From NCBI GenBank assembly GCA_965219345.1, contig OZ244732.1, forward strand, positions 928,001-992,000: a stretch of DNA of 64,000 nucleotides, written 5' to 3'. The notes beneath the pieces were generated by a model. The model made no database searches. It was not told the origin of the DNA and saw nothing but the letters and a program-made list of their open reading frames with translations. The position numbers were made by a program, and so were the translations under genes. The DNA is from Nitrosopumilus sp. Lineage in GTDB: Archaea > Thermoproteota > Nitrososphaeria > Nitrososphaerales > Nitrosopumilaceae. This document shows positions 19,431 to 29,650 of the stretch, piece after piece; the stretch's first letter is position 1; each line of letters opens with the position of its first letter.

Positions 19431-22400
19431 TGTCTATTCAAGCAATAAAATCAATTGATGGAATTCGATTTTCAGTATGGTCTCCAACTGAAATTAGAAA
19501 ATATTCTGTTGCTGAAATTACTGCTCCTGAAACATATGATGAAGATGGAATGGCTGTTCAAGGAGGTCTTATGGATGGTAGACTTGGTACTCTTGAGCCT
19601 GGACAAAAATGTCTAACATGTGGAAACACAGCTGCAAGATGTCCTGGGCATTTTGGACATCTTGAGCTTGCTGAACCTGTCTTACATATTGCATTCATTG
19701 ATAACATCTACAAACTACTACAATCAACATGTCGTTCTTGTGCAAGACTTAAAGTTCCTCAAGAAGATTTAGATGCATTCAAAAAAATTAAAATCAAAAA
19801 ATCTTCTTACACTGTAATTTCTCAAAAACGTATTCCAGAACAAATTATAGAGAAAGCAAAAAAAGCAAAAGAGTGCCCTCATTGTGGAAAAACACAATAC
19901 GAGTTAATCTTCACCAAGCCAACCATCTTTGTTGAGAAAACTGAAATTGGTGAGCATAGATTACTTCCAATTACCATTAGAGAAAGATTTTCACAAATAC
20001 TTGATGAAGATTTAGAACTATTATCATATGATCCTGTTACTGCTAGACCAGAATGGTTTATTCTTCAAGCATTTCCTGTTCCGCCAGTAACTGTCAGACC
20101 ATCAATTATTCTTGAAACAGGAATAAGATCAGAAGATGATTTAACCCACAAAATGGTTGATATCATCAGAGTTAATCAAAGACTAAAAGAAAGTAAAGAT
20201 GCAGGAACTCCTCCACTTATTGTTCAAGACTTGGTTGACTTGTTACAATATCACACTACAACATATTTTGATAATGAGGTTTCTGGAATTCCACAAGCAC
20301 ACCATCGTTCTGGACGTCCTCTCAAAACATTAACTCAACGACTGAAAGGAAAAGAAGGAAGATTCAGAGGTTCATTATCTGGAAAGAGAGTTGACTTTTC
20401 AAGCAGAACTGTAATCTCCCCAGATCCTAACTTGGATTTATCTGAAGTTGGAGTTCCAACTGCAGTTGCCATGAAACTAACGATTCCTGAAATTGTTACA
20501 GAATGGAATATTGAAAGAATGAAAAAACTTGTGATTAATGGACCTGAAACTTTTCCAGGCGTAAATTATATCGTTAGACCTGATGGTGTAAAGATTAGAT
20601 TAGATTTTGTAGAAGATCGTTCTACAATTGCTGAAACACTTGAGATTGGGTATCTAATTGAAAGACATCTTTCAGATGGTGATATTGTGATGTTTAACCG
20701 GCAACCATCACTCCATCAAATGTCTATTATGGCTCATTATGTTAAAGTACTTCCAGGTAAGACTTTCAGACTACATCCTTCTGTATGTCCTCCATACAAC
20801 GCAGACTTTGATGGTGATGAGATGAATCTTCACGTTCCTCAAAGTGAAGAAGCAAGAGCAGAAGCAATTCTTTTGATGAGAGTTCAAGATCAATTAATCT
20901 CTCCAAGATATGGTGGTCCAATTATTGGAGCATTAAGAGACTTTGTTACTGGCGCATATCTCCTTACTAAAGATGACACAACTTTAACCGTCCAAGAATT
21001 TTCAAACCTTGCAATGCTTGGTGGTTATACTGATACACTTCCAAAACCTGCTACCAAAACAAAAGATGGACCAGCATACACTGGAAAACAATTATTCTCA
21101 TTATTCCTTCCAAAAGACTTCAACTATGTTATCACATCAAAATGGTCAAAGGGAACGCAAGGTGCATCAAAAGATGTTGTAATTAAAAATGGTGAACTAA
21201 TCAGTGGTGTTATTGATAAAGCTTCTATTGGTGCAGAAGAACCAGAAAGTGTGTTACACAGAATTGCAAAAGACTATGGCAATCAAGTTGGAAAAGACTT
21301 TCTCAACTCTATTCTAATTATGGTTAAACAATTCATCACATCTTATGGTTTTAGTTATGGTTATGGTGATCTTGAAGTTCCAGAAAAAGATGTTCAGAAA
21401 ATTCTAGATGATATTGGATCAACTTATGATATTGTCTCTGACCTGACTCATCAATATGAGAAAGGAACTCTCAAACTCACACGAGGTATGAAACCAGAAG
21501 AGGCCTTGGAAGCCTATATTGTCAACGAATTAGGTAAAGCAAGAGACAAAGCAGGATCTACTGCAGACCAATCTCTTGATGAGACTAATTCCGGAAGAAT
21601 TATGGCAACAACTGGTGCCAGAGGTTCATCACTAAACATCGGTCAGATGGCAGGTGCCTTGGGCCAGCAATCAAGAAGAGGAAACAGACTCCATGATGGT
21701 TATCATAATCGAGCCTTGACACATTTCCAAGAACATGACGCTAATCCTGATGCACATGGATTTGTGAAATCCAATTATAGAACAGGTCTCTCTACGTTAG
21801 AATTCTTTTTCCATGCAATGGGAGGTCGTGAGGGACTTGTAGACACTGCAGTTAGAACACAACAAAGTGGTTACATGCAACGCAGATTAATTAATGCTTT
21901 AGAACACATTAGATTAGAATATGATGGAACTGTAAGAGATCCACACGGTCACATTGTTCAATTCCTTTATGGTGAAGATGGAATAGATGTAGCAAAAAGT
22001 GATCATGGTGAAGCATTTAACGCTAGTAGATTAGTTGAATCTCAAACCATTATTGATTCTGGAAAGAAAGCCACAAAAGATGAAATTGACACTCTTGCTA
22101 AGAAATACACAAAAACATTCAATCCAAGATTAACTTCACTTGTAACTGATGCCTTACATGACTCTAACCTAAGTAAAGAAGGTGCAGAAATTGTGTGTAA
22201 GAAAGGACTTTCACTTTATAATAAAGCTAAAGTGGAACCTGGACAAGCAGTGGGAATTATTACTGCTCAATCAATTGGTGAACCTGGTACTCAGATGACT
22301 TTGAGAACCTTCCACTTTGCAGGAATTAAAGAAAGAAATGTCACATTGGGTCTTCCAAGACTAATTGAATTAGTTGATGCAAGAAAGAAACCCGTTACCC

Positions 22401-23221
22401 CAACTATGGATATCTACCTTGATAAAGAAATAAAGAAATCACGAGAAAAGGCAATTGAGGTTGCAAGAAATGTATTACAAACTAAAGTAAGTGCATTAAT
22501 TGCTGATACTGAAACTGATTATTCTACTGAAATCAAATTAATTTTGAGCGAAAAGAGACTTGGAGAGAGAGGATGTTCCATTGCAGAGGTGGAAACATCA
22601 CTTTCATCAAATAAAAAATTTAAGATGGAAACAACTGGAGAATTAATTACCCTAAAATTAGTTGAAGAATCTGATACTGCAACAGTAATTGCAATTAGAA
22701 ATAAAATTCTTAATACCACAGTTAAAGGAGTCCCAGATATTGAACGTGTCACATTAGTTCAAAAAGATGATGAATGGGTAATCCAAACAACTGGCTCTAA
22801 CATTGCAAAAGTACTTGAAGTCAAAGGTATTGACAAACAGAATGTTAGAACAAACAATGTCTTTGAAATTGCAGGAACTTTGGGTATTGAAGCTGCAAGA
22901 AATTCATTAATTAACGAACTAAATCATACTTTAGAGGATCAAGGATTGGAGGTTGATAATAGATACATTATGTTGGTCTCTGACTTGATGTGTTCAAGAG
23001 GATATATGCAACAAATTGGCAGACATGGAATTGCTGGTACCAAAGATAGTGTTCTTGCAAGAGCTGCATTTGAAATTACAGTGCCAACAATTGCACATGC
23101 TGCACTTGCTGGAGATGTAGAACAACTCAAAGGAATTACTGAAAACGTAATTGTTGGAAGCAATATTCCAATTGGAAGTGGCACTGTTGATTTATACATG
23201 CAAGTCTCCAAAAAGAAGTAG
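19430..23221 (+). CDS. rpoA1: RNA polymerase largest subunit (A'+A'' fused)
   Basis: YNADFDGDEMN and GEPGTQMTLRTFH in one ORF. Confidence 0.99.
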   Translation: MSIQAIKSIDGIRFSVWSPTEIRKYSVAEITAPETYDEDGMAVQGGLMDGRLGTLEPGQKCLTCGNTAARCPGHFGHLELAEPVLHIAFIDNIYKLLQSTCRSCARLKVPQEDLDAFKKIKIKKSSYTVISQKRIPEQIIEKAKKAKECPHCGKTQYELIFTKPTIFVEKTEIGEHRLLPITIRERFSQILDEDLELLSYDPVTARPEWFILQAFPVPPVTVRPSIILETGIRSEDDLTHKMVDIIRVNQRLKESKDAGTPPLIVQDLVDLLQYHTTTYFDNEVSGIPQAHHRSGRPLKTLTQRLKGKEGRFRGSLSGKRVDFSSRTVISPDPNLDLSEVGVPTAVAMKLTIPEIVTEWNIERMKKLVINGPETFPGVNYIVRPDGVKIRLDFVEDRSTIAETLEIGYLIERHLSDGDIVMFNRQPSLHQMSIMAHYVKVLPGKTFRLHPSVCPPYNADFDGDEMNLHVPQSEEARAEAILLMRVQDQLISPRYGGPIIGALRDFVTGAYLLTKDDTTLTVQEFSNLAMLGGYTDTLPKPATKTKDGPAYTGKQLFSLFLPKDFNYVITSKWSKGTQGASKDVVIKNGELISGVIDKASIGAEEPESVLHRIAKDYGNQVGKDFLNSILIMVKQFITSYGFSYGYGDLEVPEKDVQKILDDIGSTYDIVSDLTHQYEKGTLKLTRGMKPEEALEAYIVNELGKARDKAGSTADQSLDETNSGRIMATTGARGSSLNIGQMAGALGQQSRRGNRLHDGYHNRALTHFQEHDANPDAHGFVKSNYRTGLSTLEFFFHAMGGREGLVDTAVRTQQSGYMQRRLINALEHIRLEYDGTVRDPHGHIVQFLYGEDGIDVAKSDHGEAFNASRLVESQTIIDSGKKATKDEIDTLAKKYTKTFNPRLTSLVTDALHDSNLSKEGAEIVCKKGLSLYNKAKVEPGQAVGIITAQSIGEPGTQMTLRTFHFAGIKERNVTLGLPRLIELVDARKKPVTPTMDIYLDKEIKKSREKAIEVARNVLQTKVSALIADTETDYSTEIKLILSEKRLGERGCSIAEVETSLSSNKKFKMETTGELITLKLVEESDTATVIAIRNKILNTTVKGVPDIERVTLVQKDDEWVIQTTGSNIAKVLEVKGIDKQNVRTNNVFEIAGTLGIEAARNSLINELNHTLEDQGLEVDNRYIMLVSDLMCSRGYMQQIGRHGIAGTKDSVLARAAFEITVPTIAHAALAGDVEQLKGITENVIVGSNIPIGSGTVDLYMQVSKKK

Positions 23222-23264
23222 CCTATAACCACTTTTTTAAGCAAGTTTTTCCCTGAAACCTCCT

Positions 23265-23387
23265 ATGTTCAAGGCAAATCCACAGATCCAGAAAAAAGTC
23301 ATTGAGATTCTAAAAGATCCTGATACGAAAGAGTGGATAGACACTATTAGATCTGATAGTGCAAGAAGAAACTATCGGTTCTGGTAA
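23265..23387 (+). pseudogene. Possible N-terminal remnant of an integrase
   Basis: 40-aa ORF ...KEWIDTIRSDSARRNYRFW* resembling an integrase core-binding N-terminus; ends at a repeat. Confidence 0.3.
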
Positions 23388-23658
23388 ATTCTGGTGATCT
23401 GCACCATAAATCATCAGACATAGTTCTTCTCCGAATCGCTCTTTGAAATCCTCGGATAACTAGTACTTGATAATTTTCTCGAAATTATCTATCATAACCA
23501 TGCTGTTAAATTCTGGTGATCTTGATCACCATTTTTTACCAGAACTGGTTTGATCTATTCTTGTAATTTGATCTTGTTTTTCAACAATTTGTTTTCCACG
23601 TGTTTGTCTTTGATTTATACGATAGACACCTCAAAAATTATAAAGTAGTAAAAACAAA

Positions 23659-23747
23659 CGGTGAGTGTGGGAATTGAACCCACGATGTCCTTCTCAGAGA
23701 CAATCGCCTCATCAAGGCGACATCTTACCATACTAGATAAACTCACC
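23659..23747 (-). tRNA. Atypical tRNA: anticodon GAT (Ile), long variable arm, G73
   Basis: GGTGAGT/ACTCACC acceptor, ATCT/AGAT D-stem, TCGCC-TTGATGA-GGCGA, 20-nt variable region, GTGGG-TTCAATT-CCCAC; TATAAATA about 25 bp upstream. Confidence 0.85.
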
Positions 23748-23839
23748 ATGTGTTATTATTAACACTAGGGTTATTTATAGATTTAGTTAACAATATGGTT
23801 AACAATAAATTTATAATGACATGGATATTATTTCATACT

Positions 23840-24019
23840 ATGACAAGATGGAAGAAAGATAAAACAGAGTTTAGCGTTTCAATAAACACACTTTCAAATA
23901 GAAATGGTTCAACATCTCAAGTTTGTACAATTCCAAAACCAATAATAGAATTTTTGGGAGAACCTGAAAATCTAAAGTTTGTTATTCGTGGTAAGGGAAT
24001 TGTTGTAACATCAAACTAA
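23840..24019 (+). CDS. AbrB/MazE-like small DNA-binding protein
   Basis: TIPKPI..LG....LKF swapped-hairpin pattern; GTTAACAAT direct repeats upstream. Confidence 0.65.
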   Translation: MTRWKKDKTEFSVSINTLSNRNGSTSQVCTIPKPIIEFLGEPENLKFVIRGKGIVVTSN

Positions 24020-24050
24020 CAAGATTGAATAAAAACAAAGAAAAAGAATA

Positions 24051-24240
24051 TTATGTAAACTGTTGAGATTCTTTTTTCATATAGTTTGAAACGAGTTTTT
24101 TACCATTTTCATTTATGAAATATTTTTTACAAAACCCATTTTCTGCTTTGACTTTCTCAGATCTTAAAAGACCTACTTTTTCCAGTTTACTCAATCGGGA
24201 AATTACTGCTCCTTTATCTGCGTTTAGTTTGGTTATCGGT
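24051..24240 (-). pseudogene. 5'-truncated winged-helix regulator
   Basis: KLNADKGAVISRLSKLEKVGLL...KKYFINENGKK is a wHTH C-terminal half. Confidence 0.6.
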
Positions 24241-25059
24241 ATTACCCCTGATGCTATTTTCCAGTGTGACGATGACAAACAAGGAATCGCATGTGAAATT
24301 AAAACATCTCTTCCAGCATCTGAGAAATATTTACTCAATGATATGAAAAATCTAATTGAGAAATATTCTGATATTAAAAAAGGTTGGAAAACAAAAAATG
24401 GAACCATTAAAGATCATTCTATTTTATTATTATTACATAGAACTGATTCTAAAAAATTTAATTCCCTTTTATCTAAATGGATTGACGCTAAAGATATTGT
24501 AACTGATAAAAATATCTGTATTGCAGACTGGCAATCAATTCGTCCGTTTAAAGTAGGTTCCAAAGATACTACTTTACTTAGCCATCGTTCTGGAACTACT
24601 GGTTGTGATTATTTTGATAAAAAATTAACAGATGATATTGAATTAGATACTGATGCACTTTTTTTGGGATATGAAACAAGAAAATTTGTAAAATCTGCTC
24701 CCCCTAATCTCTATATTATGACTATGCTATATCAGGACATATTTCCAACATTTGCCAACAATGAAGATGAATTTACTGTTACTGTTAAACAACTGATGAA
24801 AATCTTGACGGATTATTATGCAAGTTGGTCTGGTTTAGAGGGAGAACAAACTCAAATTAGAACAAGATGGGTAGTTTGGGCTATGGATAAGTTTACGGAA
24901 ATAAAAATTGCCGAAAAAATACCTGAAAAATCCTACGCATACCGTGTTAAATGGTCTAAAAATTTGCCTAAAGATATTAAAGAATATCTCTTGGTCAAAT
25001 TATGTGGCAAAGAAGAAGATGCTATAGTTGATCCCAAACAAACTAAATTAAACACCTGA
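24115..25059 (+). CDS. Putative PD-(D/E)XK nuclease-fold protein, probably 5'-truncated
   Basis: TPDAIFQ...ACEIK; the first ~40 codons are antisense to the wHTH remnant. Confidence 0.55.
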   Translation: MKYFLQNPFSALTFSDLKRPTFSSLLNREITAPLSAFSLVIGITPDAIFQCDDDKQGIACEIKTSLPASEKYLLNDMKNLIEKYSDIKKGWKTKNGTIKDHSILLLLHRTDSKKFNSLLSKWIDAKDIVTDKNICIADWQSIRPFKVGSKDTTLLSHRSGTTGCDYFDKKLTDDIELDTDALFLGYETRKFVKSAPPNLYIMTMLYQDIFPTFANNEDEFTVTVKQLMKILTDYYASWSGLEGEQTQIRTRWVVWAMDKFTEIKIAEKIPEKSYAYRVKWSKNLPKDIKEYLLVKLCGKEEDAIVDPKQTKLNT

Positions 25060-25163
25060 TTTTTTACTTAATTTTATTTTTCAAAAACTACCAAAATATT
25101 GAAAATCGTTCATGTAAACTGTTTATTTTAAATGGTTAAATTCTAGAGCAGAAAACTTACTTC

Positions 25164-25649
25164 ATGGATTTTGAACTAATCGAAAAAATTCTTAAAAATG
25201 CATTAAAGAAATTGAAAGAATTTGATTTCAAATTATTAGAAGTTAATGTAAATGAAAGAACGATTTCTCATAAACTGGCAGAATATCTTCAGCAAAACAT
25301 TCACGATTTATCTGTTGATTGTGAATACAATAGACGTCAGGGATCAATAAAGAAATCAAATATTCCATGTGATGATACTGACAGAGAGGATTCAGATGCT
25401 AAGGCCATTCTTCCAGATATTGTTATTCATAAGAGAAATACTAATGATGAGAATCTTCTAATCATAGAAATAAAAAAATCCACCAATAACCAAAGCCATG
25501 ATTCTGATATATCTAAAATTAAGGCATTAACTAATGAACCATATAATTACAAATTTGGTTTATTTTTAGAAATTAATGTTGCTGAAGGAAGTGATTCTTT
25601 AAAGTGGTTCAAGGAAGGCAAATTATTCAAACAAGTAGACTTGAATTAA
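25164..25649 (+). CDS. PD-(D/E)XK nuclease family protein
   Basis: NERTISHKLA, VDCEYNR, PDIVIH, IIEIKK. Confidence 0.7.
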   Translation: MDFELIEKILKNALKKLKEFDFKLLEVNVNERTISHKLAEYLQQNIHDLSVDCEYNRRQGSIKKSNIPCDDTDREDSDAKAILPDIVIHKRNTNDENLLIIEIKKSTNNQSHDSDISKIKALTNEPYNYKFGLFLEINVAEGSDSLKWFKEGKLFKQVDLN

Positions 25650-25707
25650 GTATTTGAATAGATATTATGCAGAAGAAATTCTAAGAATTACTTTTAAAGG
25701 ACTTTGA

Positions 25708-26131
25708 TTGAAGGAAACTACGTTTTTTTACCAAAAAATTCCTATTACTCCAAAAAAGAAATCTGGATTATTATCCAAAGATGTTTTGAATCAAAAAATT
25801 AAACCTCAGCCAAATCTTAAGGATGCAAAAAAATTGCTAGATATGAAAATCAAAAAATCAAATGTTGTGTTTTTAATCGATGAAAATATTCTAGGAATTG
25901 ATCGATATCTCTCATCTTTTGAAATAAAATACAGAAAAGTAGGTGATATTAACTGCCCTCCCAGAGGTTCAGATGATCCTACTGTGGCAAAATTCGCTCA
26001 GAAACATAATCTTGTGGTTGTGACAAATGATGAAACTCCAAAAACAATGTGAACCATTAGATGTCCCTTGTATTGTTCCAACTCTTAGTGATTTGGCAAA
26101 AAAAGTAAGAGCATATTCAAATTCACGCTAA
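25708..26131 (+). pseudogene. PIN-like (Mut7-C/DUF5615-type) protein, frameshifted near 26030
   Basis: FLIDEN...GSDD...VVVTND; continues as KLQKQCEPLDVPCI in another frame. Confidence 0.55.
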
Positions 26132-26309
26132 TCACCTTTCAAAACCCCATTTGAAAATGTCTAAATATGGTTGAATAAGTTCAAAATTGAACAATAATTG
26201 CTTAATTTTTTACATATTACATCCTACAAATCTACAAAAACTGACAACTTGTACATGCAAGTAAGTAAGAAAAAATGAGGAACAAAAATTAAACTACAAG
26301 TGAATAATT

Positions 26310-26540
26310 ATGTCTTATGAAATCTCAACATTAATGAATAACACTAAAAACAAAGTTGTTACACTTAGACTGCGAAACAACAAAACTATTCAAGGCATAC
26401 TCAAAGAATTTGATATTCATATGAATTTGACCTTGGAAGATGCAGAAGATGTATCTGTTGAAAAAACTGAAAAAATTGGAACTGTTTTGGTACGTGGCGA
26501 TAATATTTTAGCAGTATCAATGCCTAAAGAAGAATCTTAG
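26310..26540 (+). CDS. Sm-like (LSm) RNA-binding protein
   Basis: G.LKEFDIHMNLTLED...VRGDNI. Confidence 0.93.
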   Translation: MSYEISTLMNNTKNKVVTLRLRNNKTIQGILKEFDIHMNLTLEDAEDVSVEKTEKIGTVLVRGDNILAVSMPKEES

Positions 26541-26571
26541 AAATTCATTCATCAAACATTAAATTCAATCT

Positions 26572-27768
26572 TTGACAAATTTTATCATGTATCTGCTTTT
26601 TGTATTTTTTCCATTGATTCTTTTTCCTGCATTTGGAGAATCAATACCTGATTATAATGATCCATATGCTCCAATTTTTACTGATAAGACTACATACACT
26701 TGGACTGACAAAATAAAAATTACAATAATAGCACCAAGTTGGAATACTGGCAAATACCTAATTGACTCAATTGGAGGTAGTGAAGATCATCCAATTAAAA
26801 TTTCTACAAGGGAAAATTCTCTAGAACCATATCGATTTACTGAAACAGACGTCAATTCAGGAATTTTCACAGCTGAGGTTATTCTTACAGGCTTTTCACA
26901 TGATGCTGATGGCGATGGAGATGTTGATACAACGCCTAGAACCATTGGTAATGGACCCACTAATGGATTTTTGGAAGTTGACAGGAATTCATCCATTACA
27001 ATCTCATTTGAATTTGCAGATGGTGTGGTATTAACTGAGTCTGTTCCTGTAAGTTGGAATCTTGGAACAATTCAATTTTCCAAAGAGACTTTTTTTTCAG
27101 ATGATTCTGTAATAATACGTGTCATTGATCTTGATATGAATCTAAATCCTGAAGCGCTTGATCATATTCCTATACAACTTTTTTCAGACTCTGATATTGC
27201 AGGAATTGAGGTTAATGCTATAGAGACATCTAAAAGTTCTGGTTTATTTATTGCCACAGTCTCTTTGTCTCAAACTTTGCCTTCTAGTGGAAATAGACTT
27301 TATTCTTCACTTGGAGATGAAATTTTTGCTAAATATGATGACCATACATTGCCAAAACCATATTCTACGTTAGATAATTTAGAAATTATAACTACTGCTA
27401 GAACTGATTCACCAATTCCTCCAATTGAAAGACTAGATAATTCTCGAATTGTTTTGTCTGATAGTCTTGGCAATCAATTAGAGTCATTTTTACCAAATAA
27501 TCAAATACAGATAGTTGGAACTATAATAAATGATCATAACTTTAAGCAGAAATTTGTTTATCTATTTCAAGTAAAAAATATCACTGATTCTGTAGAATCA
27601 ATTTCATGGATTCAAGGTGAACTATCTCCTAAACAAAGTCTAGATGTTTCTCAATCTTGGATCCCTAAAAAATCTGGAATATATCAAATTGAAACATTTG
27701 TTTGGAGTTCTCTAAATGATCCAATAGCATTAGCTCCAGAAATGTCAACTTCGATCGTAGTTGAATGA
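26572..27768 (+). CDS. Secreted S-layer-like protein
   Basis: Signal peptide; ETDVNSGIF and D.DMNLNP motifs; C-terminal SW.P..SG.Y..E.FVW Ig-like domain. Confidence 0.7.
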   Translation: MTNFIMYLLFVFFPLILFPAFGESIPDYNDPYAPIFTDKTTYTWTDKIKITIIAPSWNTGKYLIDSIGGSEDHPIKISTRENSLEPYRFTETDVNSGIFTAEVILTGFSHDADGDGDVDTTPRTIGNGPTNGFLEVDRNSSITISFEFADGVVLTESVPVSWNLGTIQFSKETFFSDDSVIIRVIDLDMNLNPEALDHIPIQLFSDSDIAGIEVNAIETSKSSGLFIATVSLSQTLPSSGNRLYSSLGDEIFAKYDDHTLPKPYSTLDNLEIITTARTDSPIPPIERLDNSRIVLSDSLGNQLESFLPNNQIQIVGTIINDHNFKQKFVYLFQVKNITDSVESISWIQGELSPKQSLDVSQSWIPKKSGIYQIETFVWSSLNDPIALAPEMSTSIVVE

Positions 27769-27820
27769 AAAAGTATGATTGCTACGTTACCATTAAATAG
27801 AAAATTACGTTTTTCCCCGT

Positions 27821-29182
27821 GTGTTAGGACGCTTTATGGGAATAATGCTGGTGTTGATCGCATTATCTTCTTTAATTCTTACTGAAGTTTTTGCTGATTC
27901 CTACGTTGAGGATTTTGTTGAGCCTGAAATTACCTTACTTTATACTGACAAAAAACATTACACTGACAAAGACCTGATCAAAATTACTGGTCTTGTTTCC
28001 GCACTAGATTCTCCTACAGTGTTAATCGGAGTTTATGATCCCTCTGGAATGCCTGCAGGATTTTATATTGTCCCAATTGATTCTGATTTAGAATTTTCAA
28101 CAAGTTTTCCTGTAAAAGCTGGAGTCAATTTTAGAACAGATGGAACTTATTCAATAAAAGCACATTATGTAGAAACAGAAGCAACATCTTTTTTTGATTA
28201 CAATGAAATTTTACAACCAACCATTGAGAAACCTGTAGAAACCATTGAGAAACCTGTAGAAACCATTGAGAAACCTGTAGAAACCATTGAGAAACCTGTA
28301 GAAACCATTGAGAAACCTGTAGAAACCATTGAGAAACCTGTAGAAACCATTGAGAAACCTGTAGAAACCATTGAGAAACCTGTAGAAACCATTGAGAAAC
28401 CTGTAGAAACCATTGAGAAACCTGTAGAAACCATTGAGAAACCTGTAGAAACCATTGAAGAAAAAATTATTTCTGATGTTACGAACATTTCAATCGATGT
28501 GCAAATAATTAAAGAAGAATCTAATGATAATTACGAATCTGTTGATAAAAATTCTATAATTAGTAACACAAAAAAAATTACACCAACAACTGAACTCAAA
28601 AAACATGATAATCTAACTGTAGAAGACATAGAATTAGGAAAACTACTAAATCAAATTAATCTAAAATGTGATTCAAGTACTTTTACTGATACAATTTCAT
28701 ATTATGATGGAATGGGTCCTGCGTTGTATCGTTTATGTAAATTTGATAGTTCTTTGAATTTTTTTAATGACTCTTTGATCAATAATCCCAATGATGTGGA
28801 AATTCTTGTAAACAAAGGTTCTACCTTAGGTAAATTGGGATATTTTTCAGAGGCAATAGTATACTATGATCAAGCAATCAATGTTGATCCTGATTTCCTA
28901 CCTGCTAAAAATAACAAGGCTAATGCCCTTGCAAATCTAGGAAATTTTGATGAGGCCATTTCATTGTATACTGAAATTCTAGAGGAAAACTCCGATTATA
29001 TCACTGCCAGAAATAATCTTGAAATTGCATTATCAGAAACTGAAAATGTTGTTAATCAACAACCCACTATATCTGAAAAAACTATTTCATTTGAATCTAA
29101 AAAACAAAAACCAACTAACTTTTTTGAAGAACTAAGTCATGTATTTTCTTCTTTAGGTTCTCTATTTGATTTTCTAAACTAA
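27821..29182 (+). CDS. Secreted TPR-repeat protein with tandem-repeat linker
   Basis: Signal peptide; (TIEKPVE)n; TPR motifs (NKG..L.KLG...EA). Confidence 0.85.
   Translation: MLGRFMGIMLVLIALSSLILTEVFADSYVEDFVEPEITLLYTDKKHYTDKDLIKITGLVSALDSPTVLIGVYDPSGMPAGFYIVPIDSDLEFSTSFPVKAGVNFRTDGTYSIKAHYVETEATSFFDYNEILQPTIEKPVETIEKPVETIEKPVETIEKPVETIEKPVETIEKPVETIEKPVETIEKPVETIEKPVETIEKPVETIEKPVETIEEKIISDVTNISIDVQIIKEESNDNYESVDKNSIISNTKKITPTTELKKHDNLTVEDIELGKLLNQINLKCDSSTFTDTISYYDGMGPALYRLCKFDSSLNFFNDSLINNPNDVEILVNKGSTLGKLGYFSEAIVYYDQAINVDPDFLPAKNNKANALANLGNFDEAISLYTEILEENSDYITARNNLEIALSETENVVNQQPTISEKTISFESKKQKPTNFFEELSHVFSSLGSLFDFLN
28220..28458 (+). repeat. 21-bp perfect tandem repeat, 11 copies plus a partial
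   Basis: ACCATTGAGAAACCTGTAGAA repeated without spacers. Confidence 0.97.
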
Positions 29183-29260
29183 GTTTTTACGCTTTTAACT
29201 GTGCTTAATTTTTCAATAAACCTATAAAGCCCGACAAGACGATCGTCAATAGGTAAACAC

Positions 29261-29584
29261 ATGAGTAAGATACTTGAAAAATCATTGAAAGATGCCCTCA
29301 AAGAGGATAAGTTAACGATGGGCGCTAAACAAGTTTTAAACTCTGTAAAAAATTCCAAGCTAGTTGTATTGTCTCAATCAGTTGAAAAAGAAATGTTTGA
29401 GAAAATTGAATCAGATGCAAAAAAAGAAAAAGTACCGTTAGTGAACTTCCAAGGAACATCAGTCGCATTGGGTAGATTATGTGGCTTACAATTTAGAATT
29501 TCAACAATTTCATTTACATCAATAACTGATGGTAACATCAAGTCAATTCTAAAAGATACAGAAGCTGAGGAAAAAAATGAATAG
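29261..29584 (+). CDS. rpl30e: Ribosomal protein L30e
   Basis: L7Ae/L30e fold (GTSVALGRLCG); upstream of nusA. Confidence 0.88.
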   Translation: MSKILEKSLKDALKEDKLTMGAKQVLNSVKNSKLVVLSQSVEKEMFEKIESDAKKEKVPLVNFQGTSVALGRLCGLQFRISTISFTSITDGNIKSILKDTEAEEKNE

Positions 29585-29650
29585 TTGTATTTCATTTTAT
29601 GAAAGTTTAAATGAGACATTTCTGTTCGGTGATAATTAGGAATTTTTTTT

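Noticed and set aside
19430-23221. Fused RpoA'/A'' as a novelty
   Set aside because: Known trait of Thaumarchaeota
23704-23720. Reading tRNA copy 1 as Ser(TGA)
   Set aside because: The 5-bp stem TCGCC/GGCGA fixes a 7-nt loop centred on GAT; shifting the register destroys the pairing, and copy 2 also has GAT
28220-28458. Possible CRISPR array
   Set aside because: Head-to-tail repeats with no spacers, in frame within a CDS
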